From Tubiluchus corallicola (Eukaryota > Animalia > Priapulida), in the NCBI GenBank assembly GCA_030141605.1, contig JAQGDQ010000086.1, forward strand, positions 181,418 to 245,417: a stretch of DNA of 64,000 nt, given 5' to 3'. Of this stretch, positions 38,614 to 52,300 are shown in pieces. How positions within the stretch are numbered: the first letter of the stretch is position 1; each line of letters opens with the position of its first letter. A program made the translations under genes and the position numbers. The notes beneath the pieces are model-generated. The model searched no databases. It was not told the origin of the DNA and saw only the letters and a program-made list of their open reading frames with translations.

Positions 38614-39751
38614 TACAGCAGCTATACAATCAGACTAGAAGTTCTAAAAGTTCCAGTCAAACCATGTTTAAAGCAAACCGATAAGATTAAAGGTACAACA
38701 GTGAGCAGTCCAAGGTCCCTCCAGTTTAACATTATTGTTCAAACATTACAGCAAATCAAGCTCTCAAAACACAGTTCCTATAGAACATAATTTCTCATCC
38801 AGAAACCAGTTTTGCAAAAGCTGTTCTTATGCCTCCAAGGCAAAAACATCTCGAACAAACAAACAAATCTGATTTAAATTCAAACTGTGCATGATTGTCA
38901 GAAGCTGAAGAAATGTAAACAAAACCACATATGTTGAGATCTTCAATTTGACTGAAAGCCAGCAAATAACAAAATCGTCTTGAATCTCATAGTTATTTTA
39001 TATTATTTCTTATTATTTATTCTCCATAAACAGTTTGCTTTTGTTTATTTTCTATAAAGGCTTTGCTTAATAACTCGATAGCTTTACGAGCTAGTGTGAT
39101 GAAACACACAGGGTAAGTAGCCCTGGGTGGGGGAAGAAGAACAGTGTGGTGAACTCTGACCTACGGTCAAAGAATCAAAGGCATTGAGTATCAGTTTTTC
39201 CATTAGTCCGCATCATCTACTAGGGCTTTCTGTCTTTTTTTTAATTTCTATACCTCAAATAAATGCAGAATAAGAAATAAAGATGATGTTTACTAAACTG
39301 ACATTTTCATTACATTTTCTGGCAACAGATGCAGTTTTTATGCTCAGCCAATAACTGCTCCACTAACCTAGTACTTTGGCTAGCAGTGAAAAAGTAAGAT
39401 TTTCTAGATTTTTGGCCAAATATCAATACTTACAGTATACACATCATTCTCTTCACAAGTGTTCACTGTAACTATACTAAGAAATAGTTGAAAGACAAAC
39501 AGCAATGCAAATTAAAGTCAGTACGGTAATTACCACTTTTTTATTAGGAATTGCCCAGCAATTTACACCAGTCAACCACCCAACAGCTGAGTGGGTGGAA
39601 ATAAAAAAACTAGGTAAAAAATAGCTGTATTTTATAATGGTGCACTAATTGGTTAAACGTTTCGATACTTAACACCTGTACAACAAATCTTAATAATAGA
39701 GTAATTTTAACAGTAGCAAATAATTTTATTGTTACTTTATTCTTTTTGCTG

Positions 39752-42700
39752 CTATAATTTCTCTATGGACTGATATACTGCAGTTAGAATATTTTCAATT
39801 CGTGGGTCTGTCAGTAGAGAGGTCCGGCTCATTCCGTTCGTGTTGAATGCGAAAGTAAGATTCAGATCACGGCGGAGGTATCCAGCCTGCATCCCATAAC
39901 CAGGACTACCAATGAGTGTGCCATGATGCTAAACAAAAATGCAATTCACATCTACAGTCTCTTAGACATCAAGTTTGCAAAAATCACACGCATGCCGGAA
40001 AACTTTGACCTATAAATGTGTGTCTAGCCTGCATTTTTAGGAAAATACTAAAACTTAGCAGCTCTTATCAAACTAGTCATTATTAGTTTGTGCCAGCCTT
40101 CATTCCAACACCCTTATGGATCGGAACATTACTGTACTACACACACAACTTATAAGTCAAGACAAACCAGGATAAGCAGCCTAATCTTTTATTCAATGCA
40201 GACTGATTTCTACTAAAAACAACAAAATCAGCCTTAATGAACAAACAATGTTATGGGCTTATCGTGTTGTCTTTCCACAAAACGTTAATACGGGGTAAAT
40301 CTGTCTGTTCAGTAAGTACTTAACTATAGATGTAAAAGCATTTACCAAACAGTCATGGCAGTGACACAAACCAGCACACATATACAAATGCAGTCTATAA
40401 CCACTAGGCAATCTCATAACAACCAGCATTTAACTTTCTGTTGCTTATCTTTTCCATTATTGAAAATGTGAAACTTGGCATTGGTTTTCTGTCAGCACAC
40501 ATTGACACTACACATTTAATAAATGTTAATACATTTTAATAATTTTTCCACATGTAAAGTATACAAATGTGTAGCAGTAAGTACACTTCTATAGTCGAAG
40601 CACATTGAATAACAATTTTAATGTGTTTGTGCAATTTTGCTTTACTGATATAAACAATATAATTCAAACAACAGCTATCAAATAGTTTACATGGGACTCC
40701 TGTTTGTACAAAGGTAAGAACAAAGGAAAGAAGATATTACCTTTGTACACCTGTTTGTACAAAAGTAGGAACAAAGACAAGAAAAAATTACCTTTGAATC
40801 AAGATCTCCAATATAAAATCCACCACGGGTAAATTGTGTGTGAAATCCGACCACACCCAGATTCATGTCTTTTCCAGATGTAATTTGCTCAAAAGCCTAA
40901 AATGATGCATACAAACATTTAGCATGGCCTTTAAATTGGTTAACTACTTGACTGACTGAATTCAATAAGTAGTACTTGAGAATGCAGCAAAGTTCTGAGC
41001 AGAAGTAAACAATTAAGTGTCTCTCTGTGACAGGAAGGGAAGCCATTTTTCCTAGGAAGAATTCCAATTTGAGGTGTAGGATGTGGATATAGCAACATGA
41101 CTCAATATTTTATGCATTTTATTTTATGTTTAAACACAGTTCAGTGCACTGTAAGTCACTGTGCGTCATTGTGCACCAGCATTCAATGACAAGGCTTTTT
41201 GAACCACAATGACTCCATGTTTCTATATCTCATTATTTTAATGTTAGTAACACTTCGAATGACTGCTTGAACCAAAAACAAAAAAAAATATAAAAAATGC
41301 AAGTAGTTTGAAAAGAAAATAGAAAATTCTTAATAATAATTAAAAATGCTCATACCAGCTAATAAAATGTCACTGCTGACTAACCCAATGTGCACCAAAA
41401 AATGTCACTGACTCACCAAAACATGATATCATTAATCTTACCGACAAGACAAAGTAATTTATACTTTCGTTTACTTAGTGAACACTGTGCAACGAATGCT
41501 CTGCTAATTATTTCGAACTTTACCCAATGTTATCTAAACTTGTTTCAAACAACTAACAGGTCGTCAAGAAAGGCTAAATTTACAAGTTTTATGCAGCGTT
41601 ACTGTTAATACAAGCTCTGTATGCAATAAGACAGCATGCATGTGGTAAAATTTCAAGACAAGTTTTGTTAACTTTACTTAAGAATAGGGCTTTCTTGTCC
41701 TTTAACATGAGCAGGAATCTCCATTTTGTTTCAATTTGTTTGCTGCTGATAGCTAATTGATTTAAAGGAACTTCTTTCTTTACTTACTAGTAGATGCCCT
41801 GGGCCGCTTGTGCCTCGATTACTTCGGTTTGAATGCAAGAAAGGCAAAATTTAACATGCAGTTAACCAAATAACCAATTGGTATAAAAAAAATTGCAAAA
41901 GGCACACTGAAAGAAGCATATTAGTCAAATGTTTTCGTAATGCTAATAACATTTCAAGCTTAAAAGTTCATTTAATTAACCTGTTTCAAAACAGCAGATG
42001 AAACAAGTGATTTGCTTTTTTGATTTTCTCCGTTCAGCAGTAAGTTGTAAAGTTTTGCTTGTGCTCTTGCTGTGCCAATTCCACCACCACCGGCTATTTC
42101 TATGCTTCTGATATCAAAACTGTTGGCAATGATTGGATTCTATAAATAAAAAAAACAAATTTAATAAATTTCAGCAGACTGTACTGCTATGTACATCAAG
42201 CACATGAAGAACATGCCGTATGATCAAGTGGGGAAAACAGGCTGAGCAGTTACGATGTGTGCTTATAAAATCAAAGTTAAGAAGAGCCGAACTTAGTTGG
42301 TAAGTAGAAGGGCAGCCAGGGGCGTATCAACCAATAGGCTAACTAGACTATATAGGTTAGGGCGCCGAAGTTTGAGGGTGTCACATTTTAAAAAGAATTC
42401 TTATTCTCCTCAAAAAATGTGTATACTTTGATATTCATGTAAAGAGTGCATTTTATAACACACCACAGGCAGTTACTGAATGTAGCTTCTATATAAGTGC
42501 CACATAATGAACAGGTGCAAGATATTACACAACAAGTAGCTTGCGTAAATATAACCGCTATGCAAACGCATGTAATTAATAGTGACCTATGTAGAAACTA
42601 GGTTAATAGTGTTTCTAATAACACCACAAGTAATTGTTTAACCTTCTCATTACATAAATAACCACAAATTCACAATACAGATGGGCTGGACAGCATTATC

Positions 42701-45700
42701 AGCTAAGGATATCGTAAAGTCTTGATACGTTCCTGAGGGCAGCTCCTTGAAAGATCATCTGGCTGGTTTCATTGACTGTTAGTGTACTCATTTTATGCCA
42801 GTTGAATGTTACATTTTAAATGATTATACTTTATTAGGAACTAAGTTATAAATTAGGCATCTATATTAAGTAGGCCTGCTGTCAATGCTGAAGGGCATCA
42901 TTCTGGCTTGCAGAGTGATAAACTATGTACATGAAAAACTACCATACTGTTTAACGTAAGCACTAATTAGGCCAAGAAGAAAAACAGAAAAAGTCCAAAG
43001 TATCACTAATAACACAGCTGAAAATACCAATTATAATACCAAGTATAATTTGTAACAGCAGGCTGCTAGTATATATAACAACGAAGTAAACGCCACCACA
43101 TCATTTTCAATTGTTTAGTTTTAACAGTTTTGATATTTAAGGTGTTCAGCAAGAATGACAAATTATTTTACTAAACCTACAAGTAATGTTTTATTTGTTG
43201 ATAGACAGACACAGTGAACAGCAAAGAAGCATAGTCTAAACAAACATGTTCTGGATCTGAAAATATATACTATATACAGTAACTCTGCTAAGACATAATA
43301 ACAGCACAGATCCATACTGTGCGCAAGGGTATATTGAGCCTTCTGAGCCCAAGATCACAAAATTCAAGATACCCAACAAAAACAGAGCAAATGGCATCAA
43401 TTATAAACTAATAAGAGCCACGACAAAACTGTAAAACAATACAGAATCAATTTATGAAAAGTGTTAGGAGTAACAATATTGAACATGTTCACTTTTATAC
43501 GTAACAAAAACTTGGGAACTTTGGGGTGCTAAAATCGAAATGTTGTATGTATGAAAAACATTAAACTTGATTCTAGGAATAAATAAAAATACCGTCAACA
43601 AAACTGTGTATGTAGAAACTAACAATTCTCCACTTTTAGGAAAAGTTAGGTACTTGAAATTAAACTACTGGTAAAAGAACTCAAATTACAGTCAGCAAAA
43701 TGTTAACAGTCACCTTAATAGATTTACTGGATTAGCAAAACGACACGAAACCAATTGTTATGCATTACAAAGATGATGATTTTCACAATTTTAGAAATGA
43801 TAAAGATTTTACAAATTACCTAAATGATTGACATCGACTTGGAAAATTAAATGATGATTCTGAGTAGAAGCAAGAATATACTATAACATTAATTCTGACC
43901 TAGAAGCACTACAGTGTTTGCATGCTAATAGTATACTAATGGAATGTTAGAGTATCATATTTTCTTGTCTTCATGTGGTCAAGAATTAGAAGGGACAACA
44001 GAATTTGTCAGTTTTGCGGAACATGAAATCCAGATGTTAGGCCAAGCAATTTTGTTGACGTATCAAAATTAAATTAACTTTTTTCAGATGTTGAGAAAGG
44101 TAAATATTTACTAATACTTGATGTTATTCTGTATTGTTGACTGTATTGCATCTAACTGTGAACAATTACTGTTTGTTATGACGCCAGGATGGAATTACCA
44201 ATGTATGAGCAATTTTGCTGGCACTATGTATCTATACAATACGCAATACAATGCAATGCAATGCAATACACACACACGCATGCACGCACACACACACACA
44301 CACACATATAAAATACAATATATATATATATAGACAACAAAGGGATAATATACCTATAAAAAAACCAAAAAAGTAACACTTAAAAAACTTTTTTAGACTT
44401 TTTAACACCAGCAAACAAAATTTCAGAAAACACTTACAAGTAAAAAGGGTGGTGTTTGCTCAAAAAATGACCTCCGAGCAAGTGTAGCATCACTTCCTAG
44501 CATACGAAGACCATTAGTAATCATTGAAATATAGCCCGGCAGTCCTATGCTATTTTCTCCAATCCTGGCACATCTGTAGTGCAAATGTTTAGGCAAGCCA
44601 ATGTAAAAATCTATTCCTGCAAGTGCAAACAATATTGTTAAACCAAAGAGGCCCCACAAAAGCATTTTCTGCAAAACCATCATTATGAAATTTTCATTAT
44701 AACACTGGAACCATACACACACACACACACGCATGCACGCACGCATGCACACACACACACAGATAATCAACAATGAGCTTTTCAAGCAGTGTCTTCTTTA
44801 TGCATAAACGATGAGCAGCAACAATAGGCAAGACTCTAAATGTAGACTTCTGTACTTTCTCAGGGGGGGGGGGGGAACAAGAAACTGCAATGGCAAATTA
44901 CAATGTTGCCATTTTGTTCAGTGTTGGGTGTTTTTACGCGAAACCCAAAATCTTATAAATCATGTCTTCTCATTCAATATCTGCATGCATTTTTCTCTGA
45001 GATTTTCAAATAAGTCCAGAAATCAATTTTATATTTTAGAACAGTGTTGATTTCGGTGTTTTGATCAGTTAAATAGATATTTACAGTCAAATGGACATTG
45101 CTAGACTTTGGTTTTGTTCCAGCTGATAAAATTCCTCGATAGATGAGCTGTTATTATAACGGAATGGCAATGCATGTCTAAAGTTTGCGGTTTGGACAGC
45201 TGTGGTCATTTACTAAAGCTTTTCGTTTTTAAACTGTCTTCTTCAATTCCTGAACCAATCATCAACATCAACTATTGTACAAAATATAAGAGTGCTTGTT
45301 AATTGTAATATCGGTAATATTAACTCAATTAATGATCAATCAATTAATTGGTTTACCAAATTTATCAGCAAGTTCTTCTTTGAAAAACTGGCCTACTGTT
45401 CGTTTTCCAGGTTCAATTTTGCGAAATAAGCAACTAATCAGATAGCCGTGGGCCAATGTATGATAAGCATGGTGCTGGCCAGGAGGAAGCTGTGGTTTCT
45501 GGTCCTCAAGAATTTTGCACAGCTGTTTCTGGTCGCCAATGATTGCAGGGGTCAATTCATGGTCCACACATGGCATACCTGCCTGCAAAAAACTTTGCTG
45601 TGAAAGTGCAGAGAACCTTTCGCTCTTTGTAAAGCTCATAAATATCAACATTTGTTTCAGCAATATTTTATAAATAGAAAGTGTAGTCCTGTCGATTATC

Positions 45701-48700
45701 TACACAATACACAAATATAAAAGCACAGCAACAAGTTTGCAAGGAGCACATATGGCCCAAAAATTTCTAAAGTTGTTCAGTAAAATGCAATTTGATATGC
45801 GGCACTTTTTTGTAGTTAACACACCCATGCAAAAATAACCAAAAGCACTTTAAAATGAGAAATGAGACTGTAAAATACAAGTCATGAAGATTGGTATATT
45901 CACTGTTGCTAAAAACTAGATGTCTAATTTAGTTTTAACACCCACATTTACCACTGTGGTTTAAAAAAAATGATATGCTACTGCTGTTCATTGTATAATG
46001 CAAAATTTTAGATTTTAATGTAATTTTAAAACAGATAAACAAAAACACTACAATAACATCAATATTATACAGCAGTCGCCGCTTAATAGACTCAGTTTGG
46101 GACCGATGTGTTTTGACCCAATTAACCGATTGAACCTATTAACCGATTTGTGTAGTATTACTGCTATAGAAGTATGAGTCATCAGCTTACTATGCACTGC
46201 AAAGGCTTTTAATCAATTTAGAAACGAAGTGATGCCTAAATTCTTTTGTGCAGTTAAAAATAAGAAAAAAATATTTTAAAATATTAATTTATATAAGTGA
46301 ATTAACAATAAATTAAAAAGTATACTTTTTTAAATCACACAAGTCTGTTTATTTGCAAAAATTACAAAAATTACTTCAAAGTCAGCTGCTTCATTTTCTC
46401 ACGAAGAAGTTGACCCACATTGTTCTCGTAATTATAAAAACGTTGAAAATCTGATGTTGTTGCTCACTTACATTGCCCTTATTTGCTGTACAATGTTTAG
46501 TCTTGTAAGTCACAAGAAATACCGGCTGATTACTGTACCTGCATCTTTGACTGTTAACTCTTTGACTGAAAGCATGATTTGCAACCAGAGCATCAAAACT
46601 GCTAGGCAAGTGATTAAATGCTTAGCTTCCAGAAATTCCTTGGGTAACAGTGGATCAGCCGGTAACAGATTCAAAGCAAATACTAGGGTATTAGCGCATG
46701 ATAAACGTACCTGTTTAAAAACAAAACGCTACTTAACATGATTGTTTCTGCATATATAGTGCACAAAAGGGAAGTAAAGATGACATAAAAGTAGGAAAGG
46801 CTGTTTGGGTACATACAAATGTCTCATTTTAAGTATGTGAAAGAAAAATATTGAGTCAATTAAGGGAAGTTATTTGAGTCAATTACCGATAGTTTTTATG
46901 TATATTTGAACAGAAGCAGCCCGTTCCAGGCGTTTCTGAGTCAATTAAGCGACAGAGTTTATTAACCTCGTGTCTATTAAGCAGCGACTACTGCACATCT
47001 TTTTTTAAACTAATGGATGTAAGAAACTCAATGTTTCCTTATTCGTGTGCTTGCATAGCAAAATCGTCCTGATTAACCTTTTCTAATTATTCACATATCC
47101 TGAATCTGCATTTTATGAAGATCATTTTGATACCAAGCTCATCGCTCTATGTTATTTCTAAGCTGAGATAATCTACATTGAACATGTGGTGCACGCTACA
47201 CACTGGAAAAAATAACCTTGAGAAAATCGTTATTAAATTTAGCCATTGTTTTTTGTCGCGTTTCTGCAATACACTTAGCAACCGCATAAATGGTAGTTGT
47301 TATGGACTTTGCAAGAACACATTGATGTTATGTTTAAATCCAGTAGATGGCCCTTCCTGATGAAGACCTGAGCTTGGCAACAGAAAAAACCCAAAGCAAA
47401 ATGACTGCTTCCATTAGCTACTACCAGAGTTTGAAAATACAAGTTTTTCCCAATTGTAGTACTAGTTTCTAGCCAAAAAACTGCTTTAGACATTTTCTTG
47501 TCAATTTGGTGGTTGAATATCAAAGTCCAATATATTTAGCATTTGTTTTAATAAAAAAACAAAAAATTGACATTTGACCAAATTTTTGGTGCATTCTACT
47601 TTGAAGCATCATAACGTAGTTTTAACTATGCCGACTTATGGACGATTTTGGTTTGCAAGCAAACATTTTGTCTTTCTAAGATACTGATGTTTACATTTAG
47701 AAATTGTCTTTCAGCCAAAAACTGGTGTGAACCCCGTTTAACAATTTCCACTTAAAATATTTAGTTTAATGACAAAACTAGGATTTAAAAATGCAACATT
47801 TAAAAGAGCAACACCTGGTGAGCCAGCATCATCTCTATGGTTATGTTTCCTTTGCCATGTTTGCCAAATTCTGGCCAGTGTTTCATCACCAAGTCATCAT
47901 ACTTGACCACACCTCTGTCCACCAAGATTGCAATGCACAAAGCAGCTGTGGCCTTTGTGGTTGACCAGAATGTAGACATAGTGTCCCGTTGCCATGGATA
48001 TTCGCTCTCCTTGTCTGCATATCCACCCCACAAATCGACCACTAATTTGTCTTTGTAATAAGCAGCAAAGGCATTGCCATGTTCCTCTATCCCATCTTCA
48101 AAATTTTTTCTGACAGTAAAATAATGAATAATCATTAGCAGAATTGAGAGCACGATGTAAAATATAAATCCAAAATAAAGAGTACCACAAATCAAATTAT
48201 GACAAAATATTTGCATTTAATGGGCTTTTTTTCAAATTCCACATTATGGTAAAAATTTATAAAATTTAACTAATAGAAAACTAATAACAGTAACTAGATA
48301 CACCGCCAGATAATCTAAAAATCTTATTCTCAAGAACTAGAAAATATGGAATGGAAACCATACTTGTATAAACCAGTTGCATATGTGATAGATCATAAAG
48401 CACAAGAAAACCCTCCACTTACATAAACTTTGTGAAAATATTTTAAATACGAATTGGTGCAAGTATTTTAAATAATTAATCTTTTTTCTAGTTGCATAAC
48501 TCTTTCAAGCAAGAAAGTGAAATGCTAAGAAATATAACTTTGCATAGAAAGTTTTTTGGGACATAGTTGAACAATTCCTTTTCTTTCCCTGATTTACGGT
48601 ATACGTATATGACGTCATGTAATGTGTCGCGGGAAATTTAAAATGAAAACAAATATAAAATCCTTTCATCGCAAGTACGATTAAAATTGCTGTAAAGTAA

Positions 48701-48972
48701 TAAAACTTTTTAAGGCGATTTTTCTGAATGGCCTCCTTCAGGTATCCCTTTTCTTGTCCTTTAAACCATTTAGGTTTTTCAAAAATACTGATAAGGTCAA
48801 ATTTTGGATTTTGTACAAAACAATTGTACCTGAATGCTTCCTGCACAAGCTCAAATCCTGGTTCCACATGACCATTCACACGCACTGGAAGTTTTGCGTT
48901 AAAATAGTGAGAAACACTTACAGCCAAAGCAGCTATAATACCAACGTAAAATGTTGTTCTTATGACACTCAT
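39752..48972 (-). CDS. Beta-lactamase-related serine hydrolase copy B, about 427 aa, N-terminal signal anchor
   Basis: Seven exons: 48972-48830, 48109-47815, 45582-45357, 44616-44438, 42139-41981, 40896-40792, 39928-39752 (1284 nt). Same intron phases as copy A. Motifs FWSTTK, MLAHQAG, YHTLAHGYL, IGSPGYGMQ. AATAAA just 3' of the stop. Confidence 0.92.
44236..44332. repeat. Compound (CAATR)n/(CA)n/(TA)n microsatellite
   Basis: Seen directly. Confidence 0.85.
44715..44761. repeat. (CA)n/(GCAC)n microsatellite
   Basis: Seen directly. Confidence 0.9.
46070..46993 (-). mobile_element. Non-autonomous pogo/Tigger-like (Tc1/mariner superfamily) DNA transposon in intron 2 of copy B
   Basis: 22-bp TIRs CAGCAGTCGCCGCTTAATAGAC and CAGTAGTCGCTGCTTAATAGAC (reverse complement), TA on the left flank, subterminal GA(C/G)TCAATTAA-like repeats, and a residual minus-strand transposase C-terminus KMKQLTLK*FF at about 46365-46400. 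Confidence 0.8.
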
Positions 48973-49331
48973 TTTGAGGCCAGTCATCAAGTGCAAGTGT
49001 GTGGGCTCAGTATAAGCCTACATGTGCTATACCCACAAAAACGCAAAACAAATATTTAAAGATAATCAAGTATCAAAGATTTATTTACATGACTTTACCA
49101 AAACTCACTTTCAGTAGTAGACACTCATCTGCTGTTTGACGCAATATAGTAACCCACTTCAGTTACGTAGACAAAGGTTACGTGAATAAAAGGTAGACAA
49201 AATTAAACATCAATACCCGCTATCAAGTTATCATCTTAAAAATTACTTTGCAGTAAAAACGTACTAGAAAATAGTCATTGGAACATAAAGCAAATAATTT
49301 GTGGTGTGAGTTAATAATCCTGCACAGAGAA

Positions 49332-52300
49332 TCATCTGTTAATGTTTTCCAGTGATTTGTGTAAAGCATCAAGAAGACTGCTTGTTCTTGTATCCCACAT
49401 CATACCGAAGCCATTGATTCCATTAGTCAAGAACCCAAACGTCACATTGTATCTCTTATTGAGGAATCCCAACTGTCGTCCATAACCAAAACTGCCAAAA
49501 CTCCTTCCTAAACCCTACAAAAGGTTAACAAAATTGCTAAAAAGTGCAACTAATTTTTCTGTTTGTTCTAATATTTTTTTTATATTTTTGCGTTGTGCAC
49601 TGTTATCAGATTTTTTTAAACTATTGATGGTTTCTTGGGCTCTTTGAACAGGAAAGATAAGCACTACCCCTTGATCTAAAATAACACAATAAACGAATTA
49701 AAATCTGTTGCAAAGCATTTTGTGTTTATCTTCCAAACACTGAAATACTAACAAAAAATGCGCAAGAACTCACATCAAAATCTGTTATACAAAATCCGCC
49801 ACGTGTAAATTGCAAGTTTACACGCCGAACTTGAAAATTCTGATCCTCACCAGAAGTCACCTGCTCCATGGCCTGAAAACAAGAAAATCGTGAACAAAGC
49901 AACAAATGACGTCGATTAATAAAAATAAAAATAACTGAGTTTTTGTTTAAAAATACATCTAAAAACGTGATGATACTCGTTTTAATATCAAGATTTGACG
50001 GTCAAATACTGCCTCAGCATTTCCAAGAAAAGTTTCATGTCTGAACATTAGAAATTCTCCTATGTATTTTCAAACTAACATTTTAGTGAGACTATGTGGA
50101 AATTAAATAACTACGCTAGAGTAACTGAGTAATTAAGGATTATTATAATTAGTGGTCAAAGGACAAAGACAAGCATAAGTTTTGCACAATGTTTGCAGCA
50201 AATAAGTAATTATTTTGAGATGATTTATCCAATCATCCAGCCAGCCACCCAAGCATCCATCAATCCATCTATCTAGCTAGCTAACTAAAAATAATCATTT
50301 ATTGCTAAATGAATTTTCTGAAATGCAATGTTCACCTCATACTAAAAATGAAATTAAATAGAAATAATGGGGTCAAAATGCCAAAAATAAACATAATGTG
50401 ACAAGCTACTCAAGATTGCAAGATTTGTCATTCAACTTATAAGTGCATGTATTTCAGAATGAATTTACGCTCCTTGACATACTTCTTTCAGTGTTTCTGA
50501 TGATATTAGAGTTGTGCCATCCAAAGTTCCTTGGTTAAGTAAAATATTGTAGAGTTTAGCCTGTGACCTGGCTGTGCCAATGCCACCAATTGCAGCTAAT
50601 TCTGCAGACTGGAATGCCCAGTTGTTCATGAGCTCAGGATGCTAGAAAACAGATAAAAACACTATTTTTGAGACTTGTTTATTTTTACAAATAGACTAAA
50701 AAAGAAAGAACATTAGCTTGTGAAAAGGTGACCCACAATCTCATGCTAGTAAGCAGCAACAGGTAAACTCTTTCTTTCTGTCTGCATTTGTAAATGAGAC
50801 ATTCTCCTGTTTCAGATCTAAGTACACAAGATTTTAGTAGGAGCACTAGTGCTCCCCTATATGTCAAATCTGCATCTATAGAGCAAGAAGGAAAAAAATA
50901 GAAGAAAAAATAAACCCAAAAATGTTAGAAAGCTTGGAGAAAAACATCTTGGTCTATAGCACAAAAGTGACAACAACATGAGTGTGGTTGCACTTGGTAA
51001 GCCCTACTTAGTTATAGGGAACACTATGACAAACAGAGGGAATATGCAAATTTTAATTGACCACTAAATTATCTCAGGTTTTAGTCATTTTTCTGTTAGC
51101 AAAATAAAAAAATGTTACACATTTCTGTTCACATGATAACCTGCCAACTCTTGGGCACAAACTCAGTTTAAAAGGCGACAGAAAGATGCTTACCATTAGA
51201 AACAGTGGCTTTTGTTCAAAAATGGTTTTTCTTGCTATTGCTCCTTTAGTTCCAATCATCGCAAATATTGTCTCAGGTAAAAACTGCAAGTTGGAGAACG
51301 TCATGGGTTGCTTGCTTAACCTGGCAACCCTGTAATGCAGTTCTTTTGGTAAACCAATGTGAAAATCTATCCCTGATAAACGACAAAGGCAATAAATAAG
51401 CATTGCAGAAACACATCTTATGTATTAATTAAATTTAATAATAAGTGTATATTAAACTACTTATTCGAGCTATTAACTATGAGCTATTTAAATGGGCTTT
51501 TAAATTAAACAAGCTCAATTAAGAAATCCTTGTGGGCATGGGCATGACCTAAGGCAAATAAAATCTTTAAGTATGAGGCAATTTTTTAAGCATTCGTTCA
51601 TTGATTTAATAATTCATTGCTTAACTTCAGCTGTTGAACGCAACTTATGACCACTTAGCAATTTCTTTAGTGCAAGTAGGTATAGCCTAGGCAGATTCAT
51701 AATTAATTTTTACTTGGTGGAATACAACAATTCTATAATACCAAAAACTATAAACTTGGTTTTTATTACTAACTGTTTTACTTTTTCCAGGAATCGCATA
51801 TCAAAAGTTACAGGCCATTAGAATCTACACTAAACTGTTTTTTTTTTGATACCATAATGGCTAATTAATGGTGTATCAAAATTGTAAATCAATCAATCAC
51901 AAGTCAACCAATTAATTAATATTCATAATCTGTTGTTATATATACTGCACTAGTTATACAATAAATTTCTGAAACTTTAAGAAAAATCAATCATTGTAAT
52001 TTATTTTCAATTTCAATTGCAGTTTGAGAAACACTAGTTGTTTATATTCTAGATCTCTGACAAAGTCTGATTGTGCAATGCATACAGAAGATCTGAGTTC
52101 CAATCTCAAAGTGGTTGACAATTTTTCCTATTTCTTTTGCTTTACATGCTATTACAAATTTACAAAAAATCAGCTTTTGGAAAACCTACCAAATTTATCA
52201 GCTACTTCTTGTTTGAAGAAGTGACCAACTGTGCGTCTTCCTGGGTCAATTTTTGGAAAAAGACAACTTATTAAGTAGCCATGTGTTATAGTGTGATATG

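Noticed and set aside
32829-39770. C-terminal targeting signals (KKT* in copy A, EKL* in copy B)
   Set aside because: Neither matches canonical KKxx or PTS1, they are not shared across copies, and they conflict with the predicted signal-anchor topology.
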